Shown here piece by piece: positions 25,535 to 38,883 of a stretch of DNA of 64,000 nt (position 1 is its first letter; the number at the start of each line of letters is the position of its first letter). The notes below the pieces were generated by a model. The model was not told where the DNA came from and searched no databases. It saw only the letters and a program-made list of their open reading frames with translations. The DNA comes from Octopus sinensis (Eukaryota): the NCBI RefSeq assembly GCF_006345805.1, contig NC_042997.1:86738001-86802000 (forward strand). The letters run 5' to 3'. Both the position numbers and the translations under genes were made by a program.

Positions 25535-26434
25535 TGTATGTATGTATGTATGTATGTATGTATGTATGTATGTATGTATGTATGTATGCATGCATGCATT
25601 CATCAAGTTATATAGATATGTACACATACTATCTCTTTTTAGAAATACATACACTTGTATACGTATATCTGATGTTTTAGACGATGTGCATTCAGCCGTT
25701 CCGTAAACTACGTTACCTGTTCTTTGAGTTAGCAGGTATTTGACTGAGTATTCCACAATATATTTATCTTAACGTAATGCTCAAGATGAGGTTTTAATTA
25801 CGGGTATTATCCACTCAACGGTCTTCTATGCAGTTCTCATTCATCCAGTTCCATTCAAAAGGGTGGATCTGGTGCTGCAGTAAAATACACTCGCCCAAGA
25901 TGTCACGCAATAGAATCGGACATTGGACATCTCAGTTGCGAAGCGTGAATAACTTAATAATTCGGCCATGCAACACCTGTATATATATAACTTATCTGGA
26001 AGAGGATGCCTTTGTTTTCACTGTCCTGTTTGTGTTATCAATTTTGACCTGCCGCAAAATCCCAAATTTTATTTAATCTGCTTTGCGGGAGCAACTGTTT
26101 TATCGAAAGCGTATATTGTTGTTAAATGCTCGAAATACGAGACTAGAAAAACAGCCAACAACTGATGAAGGTCGTTCTTTATGTTGTTTGTTTTGTTTTC
26201 CATTTGTGTCCTTCGTTGTTCGAAAGAATAGTTCATGTTCTATGTACTTGTGCTTCGTATTTTTGTTGTTGTACACGTTTTGTGATGTCATGTGCCCACA
26301 TATGCACATATATATATATACGTATAGATGTAAGTATGTACATATACGTATATATATATGTATGCATATATATAAATTATTTATATTATATATATATATA
26401 TATATATACATATAAAGTTAGATAAAACTAGTTT

Positions 26435-27722
26435 ATGGGATTACCCTGGGTTTCACGTCCAAAAGCATAGCTTTACAGCATGTCATCAAATCCCAAACCT
26501 GTTGGTTTATGGTCTCTCTAGCGAGCGGCCACTCTAGAAAATGGTAGAGGAAAGGACCTCGCTACTCAATGCCAGCAACAGGGGATTGTCTCTCTTTGGC
26601 TATCGATCGTAAGTGATCCTCTTGTGGGTTCCAATAGGCCAGCAGAAATTTCGTGAAATGCAAGCACGGTCCGAAGACCTCCGTTCTGGAGTTAAGGATG
26701 ATCCGTGGGTCGAGAGTGCTCATGCAGGGATCCCTAGGTTTCGCAGATGACACCGTGAAACCAAGGGATTCGTCTATGAAGCTAAAGTACTGGCCGACCC
26801 TAATAACAGTAGCAACATAAGCAGCTCCCCCAACGGTTACTAAAGTAGCAAGGCCGACAGTACCAGTAGTAGCAGCAGCAGAGACACGAACAGAACCAGT
26901 GGCAGCACTATCACCAGCGATAACAACAATAACATCAACGACAGCAATGGCAGTGTCCCTAACAGAAACAGCAAAGGACCCATCACCAATAATATCTATA
27001 CCAGCAGTGACAGCGCCTCCACCAACGACGATGACCATAACAACTACAGCACCATTACCAACACCAGTAGTAACGACACAAACACCATCGCCACCTCCAG
27101 TGACGCTAATACCAACTGCACCAGTACCAACAACAGCGGTAGCAGCAACGCCAACACCAACAGATACAGCACCGCCAACACCCGAGCACGGAGATAAATC
27201 AATTGCACCGGTAACACATTCAAGCAACACCTTTCCAACCACAGATCCTCCTTCAAGATACCGAGGAAGAGTTATATTACGTCATTAGTCAGCCATGTGT
27301 GGCAGCTGAAGGACGACGGAATTCCATACACAATATCATGGAGAATCCTAGAAAATCCAGTCCCTACATAAATGGGATCAAGCGTTGTAAACTGTGCATA
27401 GTGGAACGGGTGAGGATACCAAAGGAATCCTTTGACCCCGGGAAACATTCTTCACTCTAGAACGAAAGTCTTCGGACCGCGCTTGCATTTCAGAAAATTC
27501 CTGTTGGCCTATTGGAACCCACAGGATAAGGGGGTCAGCTATGATCGATTGCCAAAGGGAGACAATCCCCTGTTGTTGACATTGAGTAGCGAGGTCCTTT
27601 CGTCCTCCATTTTCTGGAGAGGCCGCTCGCTGAAGAGGCTGTAAGCCAACAGCTTTGAGATTTGATGATACGCCGTAAAGCTAGCGCTTTATGGACATGA
27701 AACCCAAAGTAATCCCATATAC
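26435..27722. mobile_element. Composite with ~300-bp diverged inverted arms (about 26435-26760 / 27420-27722) enclosing a Thr/Pro-rich tract and a Penelope-like GIY-YIG C-terminal remnant
   Basis: Both arms encode HF.KFLLAYWNPQ in opposite orientations. 27290-27410 reads QLKDDGIPYTISWRILE-(frameshift)-SPYINGIKRCKLC, resembling the W.LK....Y.I.W.I.....Y......C.LC tail of Penelope-like endonucleases. Confidence 0.65.
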
Positions 27723-27801
27723 TTAGAGTGTGCTTCTTTTTCGGATTTATATTTTACCGACGATATGTGTGCGTGTGTGTATGTGTGTGTGTGTGTGTGT
27801 G

Positions 27802-27835
<34 letters not shown>

Positions 27836-28079
27836 GCGTGCGTGCGTGCGTGTGCGTGTATGTGTGTGTATCGTCTTCAAAAATGTAACCGCGCGTGGAC
27901 TCTTGGCGATTTTCCTCCTTCTTCTTTCTTTCCCTTTGGACTTTACTGCTTTTCCCGTGTTCGAAACGTAAAACAACAACTCTCTTCCTTCACTGAGTGT
28001 CACATTGCATGTGCTACATCCTCACGTTCATTTGTTTTTTTCTTTTTCTTTTTCTTTTGTTCTCTGGTTTTTCATTTTA

Positions 28080-28119
<40 letters not shown>

Positions 28120-28255
28120 GCCTGTATGTACGTATGCATTTTGCATATGTATATATCTATCTATATATTTATATATATATATATCTATATATATATATAT
28201 TTACTTAAGTATATGCTAGTATATGTGAGTATATATGTATATGTGAGTGTATATG

Positions 28256-28286
<31 letters not shown>

Positions 28287-28294
28287 ATATGTGA

Positions 28295-28409
<115 letters not shown>

Positions 28410-29357
28410 ATATGTGTCCATATATGCACACATATACATACATATATATATGTATAATATATATGTATGTGTGTGAATGTGTGTGTGTGCATGTGTGAAT
28501 ATAAACACGTATACTTGTATACGAATAATAACCATATACCAATTTGTTGTACAGTTAAAGCTTTTTCCTCAATTTAGAAAAATATCTAAATTTAGCTCCC
28601 TGAAATCTCAAGTGTAACATCATCATTAATGTAGAACATATTGTACGAATCTGAGAAAATTTCTCAAATATAGCGGTAGACGATACATATTACCCATAAA
28701 ACGATACATGTTACCCATAAAAGAGTGTTAACGTCACTTAAACAATTGCTATTTGGTGTTATAGTTAACAGACTTTGTGTGGTTTTGAATAGTCAATATG
28801 TGTCCTCTACGCTGTAATTGTTTTAGTTTCTGCACATAGACTCAGATCAAATCACTTCTCAGACAAGTAGATCTTCAACATTTTTCAAATTATTTTTCAT
28901 AAAAACGTATTATATATAATTTGCTATTACTTAGGTTCTAGTGATTTTTTACCCTATTATTTTCTTTCTCTGCACCCATAAACACTAATTTTTCAGATCT
29001 GCTACTACCTACTGAGGTTCCACAAAGGAAAAGTGAGAGAGACAGAAAAAAGGAAAATATCCTACATACTTGAGGATTATGGAAATATTTACAAAACATT
29101 TCATTTAATTTTTTCTTCAATTTAATTGTTTTTCTTCTTAATTAATATCCACCTTGGTTTTATTCTTAGTTGAAAAAGTCGAAAAGTCTGAAACCGGTAC
29201 TAACTGTTACAAAATGTATTTCATGATAAGATTATTATATATATATATCCACACATATGGAGATACAAATCCATACCTACAGACACAGTATATAGTCACA
29301 ACCCCACCACACACACACACACACAATCAGACATGCATACTCAAGGAGACAGAGGTA

Positions 29358-29398
<41 letters not shown>

Positions 29399-29651
29399 AC
29401 CCACAAACACACAAACACATGAATATGCAGAATACATACATACAAACACACACACATACATGCATATATACATGCGCGCACACACATACATACATGCACA
29501 CAAACACTTACATATATACATACATATATACATACATGCATACATGCATACATACATGTGCATGCGGACACACAATGACCCACACACATGCGCACAAACA
29601 AAAAGAACGCAGCTTGGATAACGGACAGAGTCAACAACTACTGAAAAGGTT

Positions 29652-29804
29652 CATTATTTACATTATTTACATTCGACGGATATTTGTCCTCATCTTGTTT
29701 GTAGTTAACACAACGTTTCGGCTGATATACCCTCCAGCCTTCTTCGGGTGTCTTGGGGAAATTTCGAACCTGGGTTCTCATTCCTAAGGTATTCTTCGAT
29801 GTTA
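29652..29804 (-). mobile_element. Inverted, head-less copy of the hammerhead-bearing tail abutting the tRNA head
   Basis: Reverse complement matches about 29903-30058 with roughly nine substitutions. Confidence 0.9.
29707..29752 (-). ncRNA. Minimal type-I hammerhead ribozyme, copy 1 (U4C variant)
   Basis: GACAC-CCGAAGA-A-GGCUG(GAGGGUAUAU)CAGCC-GAAAC-GUU-GUGUU: stem I 5 bp, stem II 5 bp, palindromic AACGUU stem III, GUU cleavage triplet. Confidence 0.75.
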
Positions 29805-30090
29805 TGGCGTAGTGGTTAAGAGCGCGGGCTACTAACCCCAAAATTCCAAGTTCGATTCCAAGTAGTGACCTGAACAATAATAATTATAATAATAATAATA
29901 ATAATAACATCGAAGAATATCTTAGGAATGAGAACCTACGTTCGAAATTTCCCCAAGACACCTGAAGAAGACTGGAGGGTATATCTGCCGAAACGCTGTG
30001 TTAACTACAAACAAGATGGGGACAAATATCTGTCGAATGTAAATAATGTAAATAATGTACATAATTCCTCATCTCTTAAATATAGAACTG
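29805..30090 (+). mobile_element. tRNA-headed short element with (AAT)n linker and hammerhead-bearing tail
   Basis: A box TGGCGTAGTGG 29805-29815, B box GTTCGATTCC about 29850-29859, loop CTACTAA similar to tRNA-Ser(GCT) CTGCTAA. Tail contains GACAC-CTGAAGA...GAAAC at 29957-30002. Confidence 0.8.
29957..30002 (+). ncRNA. Minimal type-I hammerhead ribozyme, copy 2 (intact CUGAAGA, mutated triplet and stem II)
   Basis: GACAC-CUGAAGA-A-GACUG...CUGCC-GAAAC-GCU-GUGUU. Confidence 0.7.
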
Positions 30091-33048
30091 TAGTGAAAAG
30101 GTTGCCAGACGCAACGAAAATTTTAGCGGTTACGTGAATAATTTTCGTGCCTGAACATTTATTTAGTCTTGCTCTATAAGCCTTTGGAACTTTGGCGCGA
30201 TAAATGTTGTAAGTACAGAGAGTTATATTGTCCCACGCGTAGTAGTTTATCGGGCACAATACATTTTGCTTGGCAACTGTAAGATTGTAGTTTACCTCCT
30301 GTGTTGAGATCTCATTAGAAACAGTATAACAAGAATATATTATTTTTAGTAATATTTGGGAACACGAATGTATACTCAGATATTTTGAAAGGTTTAATGT
30401 CTCTGATAGACACCCCTGCTACACATACTAATACGCATACATTTATACATGTATGCACAAATAGACATCGATGCAATTATTTATACGTACTTTACATATA
30501 TACAAATATTGTTTATGCTAGTTAAAATTGGTTTCTTTTGTGATAGGGCATAATTTCGAAAATTTCGAAAATTTATATATAAAATGACTGAGTTTGAGAC
30601 TGGTGTGTAATACCGTGATGTATATGAGTTTCAAAATGCAACCAAGCGGCAAAATTGTTGTAAAAGGGGATTTCAAACGAGTTTCTGAAGCAGATAGGTG
30701 TTGCGGTATGCAAGCAGCTCGTTCATTTTTTGAGGTGCTGCGAGGTGATTACCCAGTCACAAGTGATGCAGTTAAGCCTGCGACTTCTAAAGAACAAAGC
30801 CTGTGATAATTCTTTCCAACTTTGACACACAATCAGCGATTTCAAGGGGAGGATCTTATCGATTACATCAATCCCAATGCTCAACTATCGATAGAATGCT
30901 AACTCATTCTATCGATTGGCGAAGTCGATTTCAGAGGAATTTCAGTATAGAATACAATGAATCGGGAGAAATATCGTTAGGCATTTGTCCGGAACGCTAA
31001 CGATTCTGCCAGCTCGCCACCTTAAAACATAATCTGTAATAAGTGACTTCTTTATGAGGAATCATAATTAAAATATAGATTTCTCTAGTTTTGAAAACCA
31101 GGCGAACTTACTCCACGTAGAATATGCACACCTATTCTGTGCCGATTGAATAGAACCTTATACATCCCGTCATTTCTACTCTATAGATACGTACACATGT
31201 TTATGAAATATTAAAGGTCACGAGGTAACGATGCTTTCAGTACGAAGAATTTAATAACAATCAATACAAATTTTGCCTCATAAATATACAATTTTAATTT
31301 CGCGACAACCAGGAATCCTTTACGGGATCCTTTCTACTTGCAAAAGACAGTAGCTATATTTTTCACAAATTAAACCATATCATCTTGGGGGGAAATGTGG
31401 AGGTGTATTGGATAACGTGTTACTAGATACGCAATTCCTGAGAGAAAGACAAAATGATTGTTAATGGAATGCTTTTGATTATAGGTCTGCTCAACGGGAG
31501 CCGATCTGTAACCAAACAACGACGACAACGACGACAACGGTGAATACTTAGGGGATTTGAAATTACAAAAAAGATCGTAAGTAAATATGACGAAGCATTT
31601 AGTCCGGTATTCAACTACTTTTCTTCATACAATAATTTCTTTGAAGTGTTACTAAAGTACAAGAAGCTACAATCAGTAGCTATGTTTTCTCTATTTTCTA
31701 GTTCATAAAAAAAGTCATAATAGTCGAGTGTCGGCTATACTGTAGAAGATTATCATTGCTGCTGTTGTTTAATGTTTACCTTTGGTCAGGTTAGCCCTCA
31801 TTGAGCAAACCATTTGAGCAAAGGCATTATAGCTGTGGTCATTCCGTTTTTGAGTGAGAGAGATTTGAGTAACATTTGGTTGCCATTTGAAGCCTATCGA
31901 GCGGTCACATTGAAGCTTTCTTCTAAGCTCTTTGTGACAGAAGAATCTTGGGTTTCTGTTCAGTTACTGAAACACTTGATGCTTCTGTTTCACTTATTTA
32001 TCACAAACTTCTCAAAATAAAGAAATGGAGCGTAGAATTTACAAGAGACTAGTACAAGACAGTACTGTAAAAGTATGACAGCATTTAGGCATGTTTTTTA
32101 TACGTGAAAAATACGATTACATAATAGTTTAGTGGAAGACAATGATAATAAGTCCTCCCGCAAAAAGAAAAAGAGAAGAAAAGAATACTTCGTGGAATAC
32201 ATCGTAAAAGCAAGTGAAAATATGGAATATGATATTAAAATATAAAATGAAACCACAGTATAAAAGTTATACAAGGCCGTCAGCCGATATATAGTATGTT
32301 CGTACACCGTAGGAGGCGTCTGTGTTTATGTATGTGTTTTGATGTGGGGCATAGGAAATATTATTACATTGAAAGTTTAGCAAAGTGTAGATTTGTGATC
32401 AACAGCGTTTGGTAATAGACCCGTCATCAATAAAATTACAGTATATTTGTGTTCTATAGTATGGAAGCAGACCCGTATCTCGTAGTGTGACAGCAAATTT
32501 GTGCTCCACGGCATTATAGTTGATCTGTAACTTAATGCCAGTACAATAGTTTGTGACGGCATAAAGTTAAATCTGTTACTGATGGTATGACAGTATGAAG
32601 GTAAATCTATTTCCGATTATATTACAGTTGGCAAATTTTGGGTGTGACGGAGATAAGTCTGTGTCAGGCAGCTTGGAGATGAATAAGATTCCAATTGCTG
32701 ACACTTTACAAATGACTTCTACCGAGGCCTTAATTCCTTGTTATAGGATAGTTAGAGGAGGATGGGCCGTGACATGATCTTTGCCAACCCGTTCCACCCA
32801 CTGAGAATTATCACACATGACAGTAAAACAAAGGCTTAGAATCATTTAAAAATCATAATCTTGAGTATAATGTCCGACTCCTCACAATTTTACTCTTATC
32901 TTGTTACATAAAACATGTATGACTGGAAAAAATTATCTTCTGTGAAGCTCTAACAATGAATTAAACGCCAGATTTTCTAAGAGTGTGCAAAAACTGGTTA
33001 CTTCTGAAATATTCTGAGTATTGCAAGCTTATATTATTGTTTTAATAG

Positions 33049-34298
33049 CTAACTCCGTAAACCTGGGCAGCTACTGTCTTCATGCTTTAAAAGAAGTGAC
33101 ATTCTGGAGAAAGTTTTATTGCATGATTTGCATCCATATTTTTTAACGTCAGAATGTGTTTGTAAATGTGCACGTAGGTTAGAGCGGTCTGCAAATGCCC
33201 TTCCACAGTGAGGACATTTAAATGGTTTCTCTCCAGTGTGTGTGCGGATGTGTCCTTGTAAAAGCCAGGGGCGGCTGAAAGCCTTACCGCACAACTTGCA
33301 TCGGCAAGGAAGTGTGTGTGTGCGAATATGCATTTTTAAAGCCCCAAGTGAAGCATACGACTTACAGCAGAACTTACAACTAAATTCCCGCTTCACTTGA
33401 GATACGCAATGGAATTGTTTGTGCTTTGATAGACCACCGAAGGTGGCATAACTTTTTTTACAAGCCTCGCATTGGTAGCGGGGCGGGTGGTTCATAGGCT
33501 GTCGATAATCTTTTCCAATTGAAGTTGAAAGAGATTTGCTTGGAGACGGTGTTGCAATCGATGTTGAGCTTGTATTCACTTCCAAAATGGGGTTTGTTGG
33601 TAAGTTGAAAAAAGAAAGAATACTACTGTCCTGCCAGTGTGTGTAAGGTGTAGAATGTATGGCAGCTGCCGCTGCTGATAGTGATGATGAAGACTTGTTC
33701 TTTTCAAAAGGAGGCAATTGGTGTGGAGGTTGAGAAAATATAGTTGAGTTGGAATTCGTTAGATTTAATTTACAAAGATTGTCTTTCAAATTTGATTTTT
33801 CGAACTGTCCAAAATGTGGATTAAAAGCCGAGAAACATTGCTCAGCAAGTCCATAGGTGAAACACGAGCGTGTTTGGTCCATAGTTGTCAGAAAACCATT
33901 CTTTGAGTAAGGGGAAGCGAAAAATGGTTCGTACGAATGTATTAAAAGTCTATCCAGGTAGTGGGGTATTCGGTGCAGTTCGCTGATATGTGTGGCTTTT
34001 GGAATGCAGGTCTGACAATCGCTCAAATATAACGTTGGGATTGATGAGGACGGTTTCTTCTGTGGTATTGGTCGAAAGGCACTCTCTCTTGTGATCGGTA
34101 GTTCGGCTTGAATTTTGTTCGACACTGCCAACGCTGCGGCTGCTAAGGCACTAGATGGCAACTCATGGTGCTGATACAGAGTTTGGTCCCGGTGTAAATG
34201 AGCAATTGGGAACTTACGAACATGGTCAATATATGGAGATTGATTCTGTGTCAGTTTTGGAATTGGTCGTACAACAGACATTTCTGCTTTAATTTGAT
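33049..34298 (-). CDS. snail: Snail-family C2H2 zinc-finger transcription factor, large terminal coding exon (in-frame ATG at 34281 gives the 410-aa ORF)
   Basis: Five C-terminal fingers with Snail signatures: [81 protein letters not shown], and a final C2HC finger [18 protein letters not shown] strong acceptor (poly-T tract + ccag) lies immediately before 34298 and would give a phase-1 junction. Stop TAG at 33051-33049. Confidence 0.95.
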
Positions 34299-35242
34299 CT
34301 GGAAAAAAGAAAAAAAAAATTATTATTTATTAAAAATAGACAATATGTATGTATGTAAGGTTGCATATAACCACACATGTATGTATGTGTGTGAGTGTGT
34401 GTGTGTGTATTATGTATCTATGCATGCATGAATGCATATATGTATGAATAAATAACTGCGTGGTTTTTTCGTGCTTTTACTATTTAATATCTATTTGATA
34501 CACACACATGGGCATGCACACACACAACACGTATACGTATACACACACACAGCACGTATACGTATACACACACACAACACGTATACGTATACACACACAT
34601 ATACATAAACATACATACATACGCACATACATATATAGATACACACACATACACATATATTTAAAGACAGATAGGTAGATATTAAACATTGGTATTAGGA
34701 ATATTCAATGTAGTGAACATTTGAACATCTATGCATATGGGAAATTCGAAATATTTTTGAAAATAAAGGAACAAAAGGAGCAATTACGAAAGACAAAAGA
34801 CTGGAAATACAGACAACTGCTACCAAAGACAAGAACAACTTTGTAGAGAACTTTTACTTATATTACATGTTTGCAGCACTGATGATAGAATTGCTGATTT
34901 GACTTCCGAATCGTGTTGTGGGTGCTTGTGTTAGAGGATAGGATCTAGTTTTTTTCATTCGCAAAATATGCATTTTCTAAAAGGAAGTAGAAAATCTGAA
35001 AATCGGCCATAATAATTTAGCCTTCCAGTCTCATTGCTTTGAAGGTATGATGTCGTGGTGAAAAAAAAAATTGGAGAAAATGTTACAGAGGTTTAAAAAT
35101 CGAAAAAACTTCTATTTTTAACCAATAGCGAGACAGAATTTTCTGCGTTTAGCGGAGCGGTGTCAACTTTAAGGCTGTACTCTCTGAAATTTATAGTTTA
35201 GCACCTGACCTGTTCATTGTAGGTTTCCTATATAAACAGAAA

Positions 35243-35634
35243 TCTTTATATATAAAAGTGAGGTTGTGTGCTGTCTGTCTCCTACGATTTAGATTCCTAA
35301 CTACTCCCACATTTTGCAGTGCAGTTTAACCAAAACCGGGTATCTTATAGTCGTGATTCATATCGAGCTCTTCTGGGTAGAAGATCACGCGTCTACGATG
35401 AGTCTACGATTTAAAAAAAAAATTACCATCAATTTTTCCCATTTTTAATGCATTTTTGGCATAGTAACTCTCTAAAAGTTTATTATTAAATCTCAGAACG
35501 TAAAAAGCTACAGTAACCCCCCCCCCCCCTTTGTGGTTAGCCATATTGAGATGGCTAATATACTTTACATCTCTAAAAATGCTTATATAGTTATTTCCCT
35601 TACAAACCCGAGCAACGCCGGGCGATACTGCTAG
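35243..35634 (+). mobile_element. Non-autonomous Helitron
   Basis: A|TCTTTATATATAAAAG start, subterminal GC hairpin cccgagcaacgccggg, end CTAG|T. Inserted at an AT site with no target duplication. Confidence 0.85.
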
Positions 35635-36400
35635 TACCTAATAAAATCAACATCTATCAACTTACTGTTTCGCTTGCCTCTTCATTGATTATATGTTTTT
35701 TTTAATTTGTTATATTAATATATTTGTCTGCATGTGTTTACTTTATGCGTATTTTTGTATCATGTATACCTGTCATGTATTTGTGTGCGTCATTAATATA
35801 TAAGTGCATGTGGATGTATGTATTCATATATAAAGTTTATATGTATATTTAGGCATTCATGTGTGTGTGTGTGCGTCTGTCTCCAAAACTCCATAGTTGA
35901 GTTACGTTTTCATGCTTGGATTTGTAAACTACAATAAGAGTAACATTGGTCAACAAAGAATTTGTCCCAAATATATGTATCTTATATGTTTTTGCACGCA
36001 GAATTAAAAATAATAACGTCAAATTATCTGTATCAACCACAGTTTCTCTGTTCCACGATAGCCTTCTCAGTTCTTGTTATATGGGTTAAATTTCAGTTAA
36101 GCTGTTGAAATGTGAAGCTAACGGTTTAAGAAATACTCCCAATTTAAATTTTTATGAACAGATTTAACCTAGTGAAATCATAAATCCAGCTATCTGAGAC
36201 AATGAGTTCCAAAAATATATGAAATGAAAAATATGTAAAAATACTAACAAACAGGAAAAGCACAGAAAAATACGTAATATACTAACACACAGAGACAAGA
36301 CACGCAGATGAAAAGAGTTTCGTGGTGTGAAGAAACAAGTGTGAAAAATCAACATAGACAACAGCGGCACAGACAACAGTGAACCACAACACAGTGTGCG

Positions 36401-36448
36401 GTTGTCATGGTAACAAGCTGCTAATGCCACGCCGTGTGTTGATTGGCT
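36401..36448 (-). promoter_or_regulatory. RFX X-box plus CCAAT box, candidate Snail promoter or enhancer
   Basis: GTTGTCATGGTAAC (36401-36414) fits the X-box GTNRYCN(0-3)RGYAAC. ATTGG at 36442-36446. Located 2.1 kb upstream of the Snail exon in unique sequence. Confidence 0.45.
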
Positions 36449-36722
36449 AAAATTACCCAAATTTCCTAACTTTAATTCCAAATAACACAAATTGCGAGAT
36501 AAAGTAATTGGTTGATAAACCAAAATTGAAAGCAATCTGAGCAAAATTAATTGGGGCTCATTTTCCAAATGAGAAAGACTAGATCCGAAGAATATTCAGC
36601 CGACTACACGTTAATTTCACAAGAAGGAATCAAGACGGTTGAACAACTGAATGTTCGTTTTTGAGAATGACGGAAAATCAACTAAACGAGTGTGTGTGTG
36701 TATGTGTGTGTGTGTGTGTGTG

Positions 36723-36806
<84 letters not shown>

Positions 36807-37239
36807 GCGGGATAAAGAGTGAAAGGAGTGATATTCGGTATCGATGCACTGTACTAGCATGTTCTATATGTAAAATCCTACAATATACTACCCTATATTT
36901 TATTGTTACCAGCCGTCATCCGCTTCATAGAAAGAACGATAGGTAAGTTAGTATTACCATAATATGTGTAGTGAGCATAAAAAGTATCGAACTAGAAGTA
37001 ACTTTGCTGTAAGTGAAAGAAATATTAGTCAATAAGTAATAATATTTTAATATCTTGTTACGGAAGACACCTCCGGTTATCTTATTACACTTCCTCAGCG
37101 AATCATAGAATTCACTGTGCTTGATGAAGTATTACTTGACAGAGTTACTTAGTTTTATATACAATATTTGTAAATGAGAAGTCGTGAAAATTAAGCCTAT
37201 TTTAATGGGATGAATTATTTAGAGATGTCATATGAATGA

Positions 37240-37455
37240 AAATGACTATTGCATTAAAAGGCTATGTATTAATAAATAACCGTTAACTTAATAGCCATTA
37301 AATGTCTGTTGTATTAAATGACTATTGTATTAAAAGCCGTTAAATGATTGTTGTATTAATTAATAGCTGTTAAATGGCTTTGGTATTATTAGCTATTAAA
37401 TGGCTTCTATATTATATGATAGCCACTGAATAACTATTGTTAAAACAATACCTAT
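37240..37455. repeat. Degenerate AT-rich minisatellite
   Basis: Recurring ttaaatg(a/g)ct.ttgtatta-type units. Confidence 0.6.
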
Positions 37456-37795
37456 TAATTTATTATTTTATTCAGATGCTACCTAACTGGAAAAAAAGTA
37501 ATCGTTAAAATGCTAATTAGAAATGATTATGGAGGTATTCTCTTGATCAATATATTCTACACCTTAAGTTGGCGAGTTGGCAGAAACGTTAACACGTTAG
37601 TACGTACGTACGTACGTACGTACGTACGTATGTATGTATGTATGTATGTATGTATGTATGTATGTATGTATGTATGTATGTATGTATGCATGTATGTTTG
37701 CATGTATGTATGTATGCATGCATGTACGTGTGTGTATATGTATATACATACACAAATATATATAGTTTAATGTCCAATATTTCATGCGATGTATG

Positions 37796-37959
<164 letters not shown>

Positions 37960-38559
37960 TATATGGATGGATGTATATAAGACATATTATCTGTCTAGTT
38001 ATCAAATGATAAACTGATGTCAAAAGTATATTCTAAAACAATCAACATTAAACCCCCTATACCAATTCATTCACTATCATTTGCGTTTATATGTTTCACA
38101 GTAGCCAAGCAAATTTTGCCAATGACTTTCGCCATATTGCTTTTTCTATATATTCAAAAATTCATCTGCCACATAGCCCAGACAACTCCTTCTCCATTCG
38201 TGCTTATATATGAATAATCTTTTATGTCTTGCTCATCACCAGTATCTTTTTCTTCACTAGCCTGACCACAATACTGCCTAATTACATCTTAAAAACGGAT
38301 GGGATAGCTGCTAACTCTGTCCAGCAGTAACCCATCATCCTTGTCTCGCTTTATTTCTCCTTATTTGTCATTCAAGTGTCTACAATTGAAATAACTGCGA
38401 AGCCATTCGTGTGATCGTGTCACTTCAGACTGATTACATTCCCATTCGTTGTTTCTTCGTCTGTTCCTTTTTATTAAACGATTTTGCAGAGATACATAAG
38501 TACCACACAAAAACAGGGTAGATGGATATTATATATATATATATATATTGTTTTATTCA

Positions 38560-38842
38560 TTTATTCTTTTATTTGTTTCAGACATTTGAATGCGGCCATG
38601 CTGGAGCACCGATTTTAGTGGAACAATCGACCCCAGGACTTATCCTTTGTAAGCCTAGTATTTATTCTATCGGTCTCTGTTGCCGAACCGGTAGTTACGG
38701 GGACATAAATACATCAACATCGGTTGTCAAGCGATGGTGGGGGACAAACATAGACACACAGACATACACACACGCACGCACGCACACACACACACACACA
38801 CGCACGCACACACACACACATACACAAACACACACACACACA

Positions 38843-38883
<41 letters not shown>

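Noticed and set aside
26562-27288. Overlapping 226-aa and 129-aa ORFs as a mucin-like gene
   Set aside because: Low-complexity codons open on both strands, no splice or signal-peptide context, and embedded in a transposon composite.
29805-29877. Possible functional tRNA gene
   Set aside because: Acceptor stem and variable arm do not form a proper cloverleaf; it is a SINE head.
36164-36568. 134-aa ORF upstream of Snail containing TPRNSFHLR, faintly SNAG-like
   Set aside because: No Met at the motif start, poor match to MPRSFLVKK and only a weak donor; insufficient to call exon 1.
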